DNA from: Adineta vaga
Taxonomy: Eukaryota; Animalia; Rotifera
Direction: 5' to 3'
NCBI GenBank assembly: GCA_021613535.1
Contig: CP075497.1
Span: 9,300,001 to 9,364,000, forward strand
Length of the DNA stretch: 64,000 nt
Shown here: one piece after another, positions 59,576-64,000 of the stretch
Layout: each line of letters opens with the position of its first letter
Numbering within the stretch: position 1 is the stretch's first letter
The notes under the pieces: model-generated
Database searches by the model: none
The model's input: only the letters and a program-made list of their open reading frames with translations
Told to the model about the DNA's origin: nothing
Translations under genes and position numbers: made by a program

Positions 59576-60189
59576 CTTCTTCTTTTTTTCTCTACATGCT
59601 TCGACATTATATGAGAAATGTGAATTTACCATTTGTTTTGTTTGGTTGAATGCTCAAAGTGTAGATGTCAATTTTTTTCTAGTACATTAATATACGTATG
59701 CTTCAGAAATTGTATCGAATGCTTGAGACGAATTTTCAGGATAAGATAGATAGAGAAGCAATGGCTCCATTTTCCTGTACAGGTGTCCATGGTTTTATTG
59801 AAGAAGATTTAAGTGAGTCTAAATCTCCATCTAAAGATTCTAATTATCATCTCAATGAAGAAGAGAATAATTAAAGTGAAGTTGATGATAAAGTAGATTC
59901 AGAAGAATCATCAGTGTTGACGCCTGAAAAAAGATTTCCTGTTAAACCTATAGTTCGTTCAGAGAATTGATTTAAACGTTTCCAGAGATCATACTTATTT
60001 CTTTCAAGCGAACATCGTAATAAATCAATATCTTTCATCTTTTACTTCAATCTATTCAAACATTTTTTTTTCTTTTATTTTTATAACGTTGAATTTTTTA
60101 TTATAAGAAAAAAAAGTCTTCTATTTTGTTATCATAAATGTATCTACGTTAGAAAGTTGGTATTTATATTTTTAAATATTTTGTAGATA

Positions 60190-60655
60190 TAGATCATTGT
60201 TTCGTCTCTTTGTGGCCAACGATATGGTCACCAGTATCATATTCCATCTGATATTCCTATATATTATGTCCATATCAATCTTAATCAAATCACTTCTAAT
60301 ATTCCTATTCGACAATTCTACTTCATAAACGATAATCATAAGTCTAATGAATGGCTGATTCTCTATCTATCCCCAAATCCTTCTCATATCTATATTATAT
60401 TCAACAATTGTTATAAATTCTCTAATGTTTAAAGATTGGTTAATTGAGCGATCATCTTTTCTTCCCGATCAATTAATACTCGAAACTGACTATCCTTATC
60501 TCTCACTTCGAAAGCTTTATGGCACATATGATCCATTATGTGCTCTGTTAGCTACAGCTGCACATCTATCAAAAACGATAGATAATGCAAATCAAAGTAC
60601 TCTTTCATATCTTCAGTTTTTTAACAGAAATATCAAAACAATCTATGCGTTGTAA
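60190..60655 (+). pseudogene. Fragment of a TatD-family nuclease gene
   Basis: LPDQLILETDYPYL matches the TatD (L/I)ETDxPY motif and is followed by a C-terminal N..IY-like end; the N-terminal metal-binding motifs are not recoverable. Confidence 0.5.
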
Positions 60656-60669
60656 ATATTGTTGCTTCT

Positions 60670-60900
60670 TTTTATTCCCTTTTCTGAAAGAAAGGGTTAT
60701 ATTCTTTTTAAACAGGGTCGTTAAAATGCTTAAAGTTTGTTTGTTTGTCCAAGCCTATCAGGTGAAAGCAGCGTATAAATCGATGAAAACTTACCCCTGG
60801 TCATCGGACAACGATTCGTCATATGTAATCGAGATCGAGGAATACGAATCTTGGGTTCCTTTTTCAAAAATATTTTTCCATGAACCATAATTAATTAATT
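60670..60900. mobile_element. Possible non-autonomous Helentron-associated (HINE/DINE-1-like) remnant
   Basis: TTATTCCCTTTT..AAAGGGTTATA inverted repeat at 60672-60701, followed by a (GTTT)n-GTCC microsatellite near 60736-60750; 3' end not identified. Confidence 0.3.
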
Positions 60901-62530
60901 GTTATTTCTTATTTGTCGAATCCAGTCAGCTTGCAGCAACATAAAAATTCATGAAAATTTACTAATAATCATCTGTAAATGATTTGCCCAAAAGTAATCG
61001 AAGTCGAGGATTTCAAATCTGATGTTAGGTTTTCATAATTCTAATCAATTATTATAATTATTGCAAAACTGAAAATAACCTGTTATTAAGCATAAAAGAA
61101 AAAATTCTGGCTGTGAATTATTTAATAAAGCTACTGGGTTAATCGAAGAAATGTTTTTTCAGTAGAAGTTGAGGGTGTGGGTCTGCAAGGGGGGAAAAGC
61201 GTATCCTGGATACCCAAATCCTATAAAACTTTCGGACCCTCATGGGTTATCATTGGTCATCATGAATTGTGTGATCGTAGGAACTATGAGGGTCCAGGAT
61301 CCGCCTTTTCTCCTTGTGTGGATGTATGTATGTGCGTACTCTGTGAAGGAACACTTAGACCCACACCTTATTCCTTCCACAGAAAGGAGCGTCATATGGG
61401 GGAAAAGTTTCTGTGCGCTTTTGCGTCAGTATCAAAGGTCAAAAAACCATTTTCTTCAAGACTGTGTTAAACATCGGAAACCGAGAGTAGATTAAGGGTA
61501 GGATGATAGGTGGGATCAATGTGAAGAATCAAGGGTTAAAAGTTAAAGGCTGCACAAGATCAAAATATTGCTCTACGCTTCAGGACGAGCTAAATACGCG
61601 CTTTCGATAGATATAACATGAGATTACAATCAGTCAATCGTTATTTATTCATAAAATCATTAAAAGTTTAGTAATATTGAAATAGAAACTATTGATCATT
61701 CTAGAGATGATAATTCAATAAATGAACACATCGGTAGAATCGAACCCGTAGCAGGTTTGAGAAAAATAAAGTACAGTAATTTGTCTAGTTTGAACACTAT
61801 TGGAATCAATGAAAAACGTAGGGGAATAAGCAAATCATATAAGAACATCTTAGAGATGCGATGGCATAGACATGCAACAGTCTCAATTAACTCGGTGAGA
61901 GTCAGCCTCGAACTTAGTTTATACTTTCATGTGTTTTCTTTTGCTTTTGAGAATATTTGATACACAACCAATTGTTCATACAAAAAATTTATCTCACACA
62001 TCACGATAAGATGAACCGGCTTTATTTTCTTTAATTCAATTAATTTTCTTGTTAAGATCTTTAAGGATAGATGTATTTGAAATAAAAATTGCCTTATGTC
62101 GAACTAATAGAATGAAATTAGTTTATGAGGGTATGCAGCGTGAGCGTGAAAAGTAGAAACTATCGGTATCTACTCTCAAAGATTTTCTTTTCTGATTGAA
62201 CTTTTGTTGAAAATCACATGCAAAAATATCCTTTCTTAAAACGAACTCTTTTCTAAAACTCAAAAAATTACTGATGAAAAATATGTATCTTGAGTGTATA
62301 CTGACACTCATAATCATACACGGCAGACGAAACTCCATCTCAACACATACATTAACGCCATCTTTCTGCATTAACTAACTATTCGCTTTAGTTGAAATCG
62401 TCAGGTTTCATTCTCTTTTTCGAATAACAAAAATACAATACTATCAATAAAGCGAGTTTCTTTTCATAACAAACGAAATATATTCAATAGCTTGTATTCT
62501 CAACAAACTTTTGTGGAATTTAAAGCGAAT

Positions 62531-64000
62531 ATGTACACATTTTCAACATTGCCGATTGAACTCGTCTATCGAATTTTGGATCATCTGTCTGATTTTACAC
62601 TATTCTGTTCGATGCAAAATGTTTGCCAACGTTTTAATCAAATTCTGAACATTTATCATCGATATCAAGTAAGTTTGCCAAGTGCTTTACCTATTCTATC
62701 ATCTGTTCAAGCACACATGAGCCTCGCAATATCTAACTTATTCAGTTTACTCAAAGAAAAAACAAATTTCACAATTCCGAAGCGATTTCCACGAGGCAAC
62801 CCCACACAATATTGACTCATGCTATTAAAACAACCCTTCCTCTCAACTGTTCTTTTCTATCTATGCACATCGAATATATATCTCATCAAACGTGCACTCA
62901 TGTGCCGCACAAGAATGAAACCGCAGCATTAAAACACCTTTCCCCTTTCAAACAAATGTCTCTATTGCAACTCTCAAACAATTCAACAACTATCTTTGAA
63001 ACCCACCCAATAAAATAAAGTGAACTGTTTTATATTGTGCCCCAACTCCATACGATCTTTCGCAAACCAAATCTAAAAATAACAATCCCAAACCGTTCGA
63101 AATAAACAAGTAACACTACCTTCAGTACATTACTTACTCTACTCATCCGACGATTTCAAAATTCACTCAGTAATAATCAGACAAGCACCGATTTATCTTT
63201 TCACTACATGAACCCAGATCGAACATTTTCAAACACCACCGCCACACCTCTTGTATAATGCTATATCAAATTGAAAAATCTTACTCTAAAGTTCCAATTG
63301 CTTTACCCACATTCTCGAAAGGAATATTCTATACATAGACACTCAGCACACTAAATCTCGAGAACAATCGAGTCGGCCATCAAGGAGCGCAACATATTGG
63401 TGATGCCTTGCGAATAAACACGGTAATACTCATTCACTCTTGTCCTAATTAAGACACCCGTGCTCTCTCTCGTCTATAGACACTCACCACACTAAATCTC
63501 AGGTACAATCAACTCGGCCATCAAGGAGCACAACATATTGGTGATGCCTTGCGAATAAACACGGTAATACTCATTCACTCTTGTCCTAATTGAGACACCC
63601 GTGCTCTCTCTCGTCTATAGACACTCACCACACTAAATCTGGAGTTCAATGAAATCGGCCATCAAGGAGCACAACATATTGGTGATTCCTTGCGAATAAA
63701 CACGGTAATATTCATTCACTCTTGTCCTAATTGACACATCCATACTCTCTTCTCATCTATAGACACTCACCACACTAAATCTCCGATACAATACAATCGG
63801 CCATCAAGGAGCACAACATATTGGTGATGCCTTGCGAATAAACACGGTAATACTCATTCGCTCCTGTCCTAATTGACACATCCATACTCTCTTCTCATCT
63901 ATAGACACTCACCGCACTAGATCTCGGGGACAATCAAATCGGCCATCAACGAGCACAACATATTGGTGATTCCTTGCGAATAAACACAGTAATATTCATT
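62531..64000 (+). CDS. F-box + ribonuclease-inhibitor-type LRR protein (NLRC3-like LRRs); runs off the window end
   Basis: Exon 62531-62668 MYTFSTLPIELVYRILDHLSDFTLFCSMQNVCQRFNQIL (F-box), ending in phase 0. It is followed by 84-bp phase-0 exons, each a 28-aa LRR of the form TLTTLNLxxNxIGHQGAQHIGDALRINT. Confidence 0.88.
63339..64000 (+). repeat. Tandem array of 141-142 bp exon+intron units (at least 5 copies)
   Basis: Exons at 63339-63422, 63480-63563, 63621-63704, 63763-63846 and 63905-63988; introns of 57-58 bp nearly identical. Confidence 0.97.

Noticed and set aside
63339-64000. CRISPR array or diversity-generating retroelement
   Set aside because: The units are exon-intron cassettes with GT-AG ends; there are no cas or reverse transcriptase genes and variation is not adenine-restricted.

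Overview
AT-rich eukaryotic (animal) genomic DNA with dense genes and many short GT-AG introns (about 45-65 bp). The gene families present (receiver-like/ART-like/TPR protein, divergent F-box families, expanded class-A GPCR) point to a bdelloid rotifer; this is inferred, not proven. The core (about 11-59.6 kb) holds conserved genes: CYFIP, SLC25A51, DNAAF11/LRRC6, KLF10/11-like, MON2, DDX24, a PAR/CES-2-like bZIP, LRRC40, TRMT10A, NHE8, a Tudor protein, TOPBP1 and FBXO36, plus several lineage-specific genes. The left flank holds an ART-TPR gene, a GPCR and a cullin-1-like pseudogene. The right flank holds a TatD relic, probable transposon remnants and an F-box-LRR gene. Three signals stand out. 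(1) The F-box-LRR gene is built from near-identical 84-bp phase-0 exon plus intron cassettes that are hypervariable mainly at the predicted ligand-contacting codons, a candidate diversifying immune receptor/ubiquitin-ligase adaptor. (2) Several same-strand gene pairs are packed operon-like, as little as 43 bp apart, with an unpaired splice acceptor just before the downstream ATG, consistent with polycistronic transcription resolved by spliced-leader trans-splicing. (3) TOPBP1 is minimal, with BRCT0-3 plus the ATR-activation motif only. Exon boundaries were read by eye and gene spans include introns.
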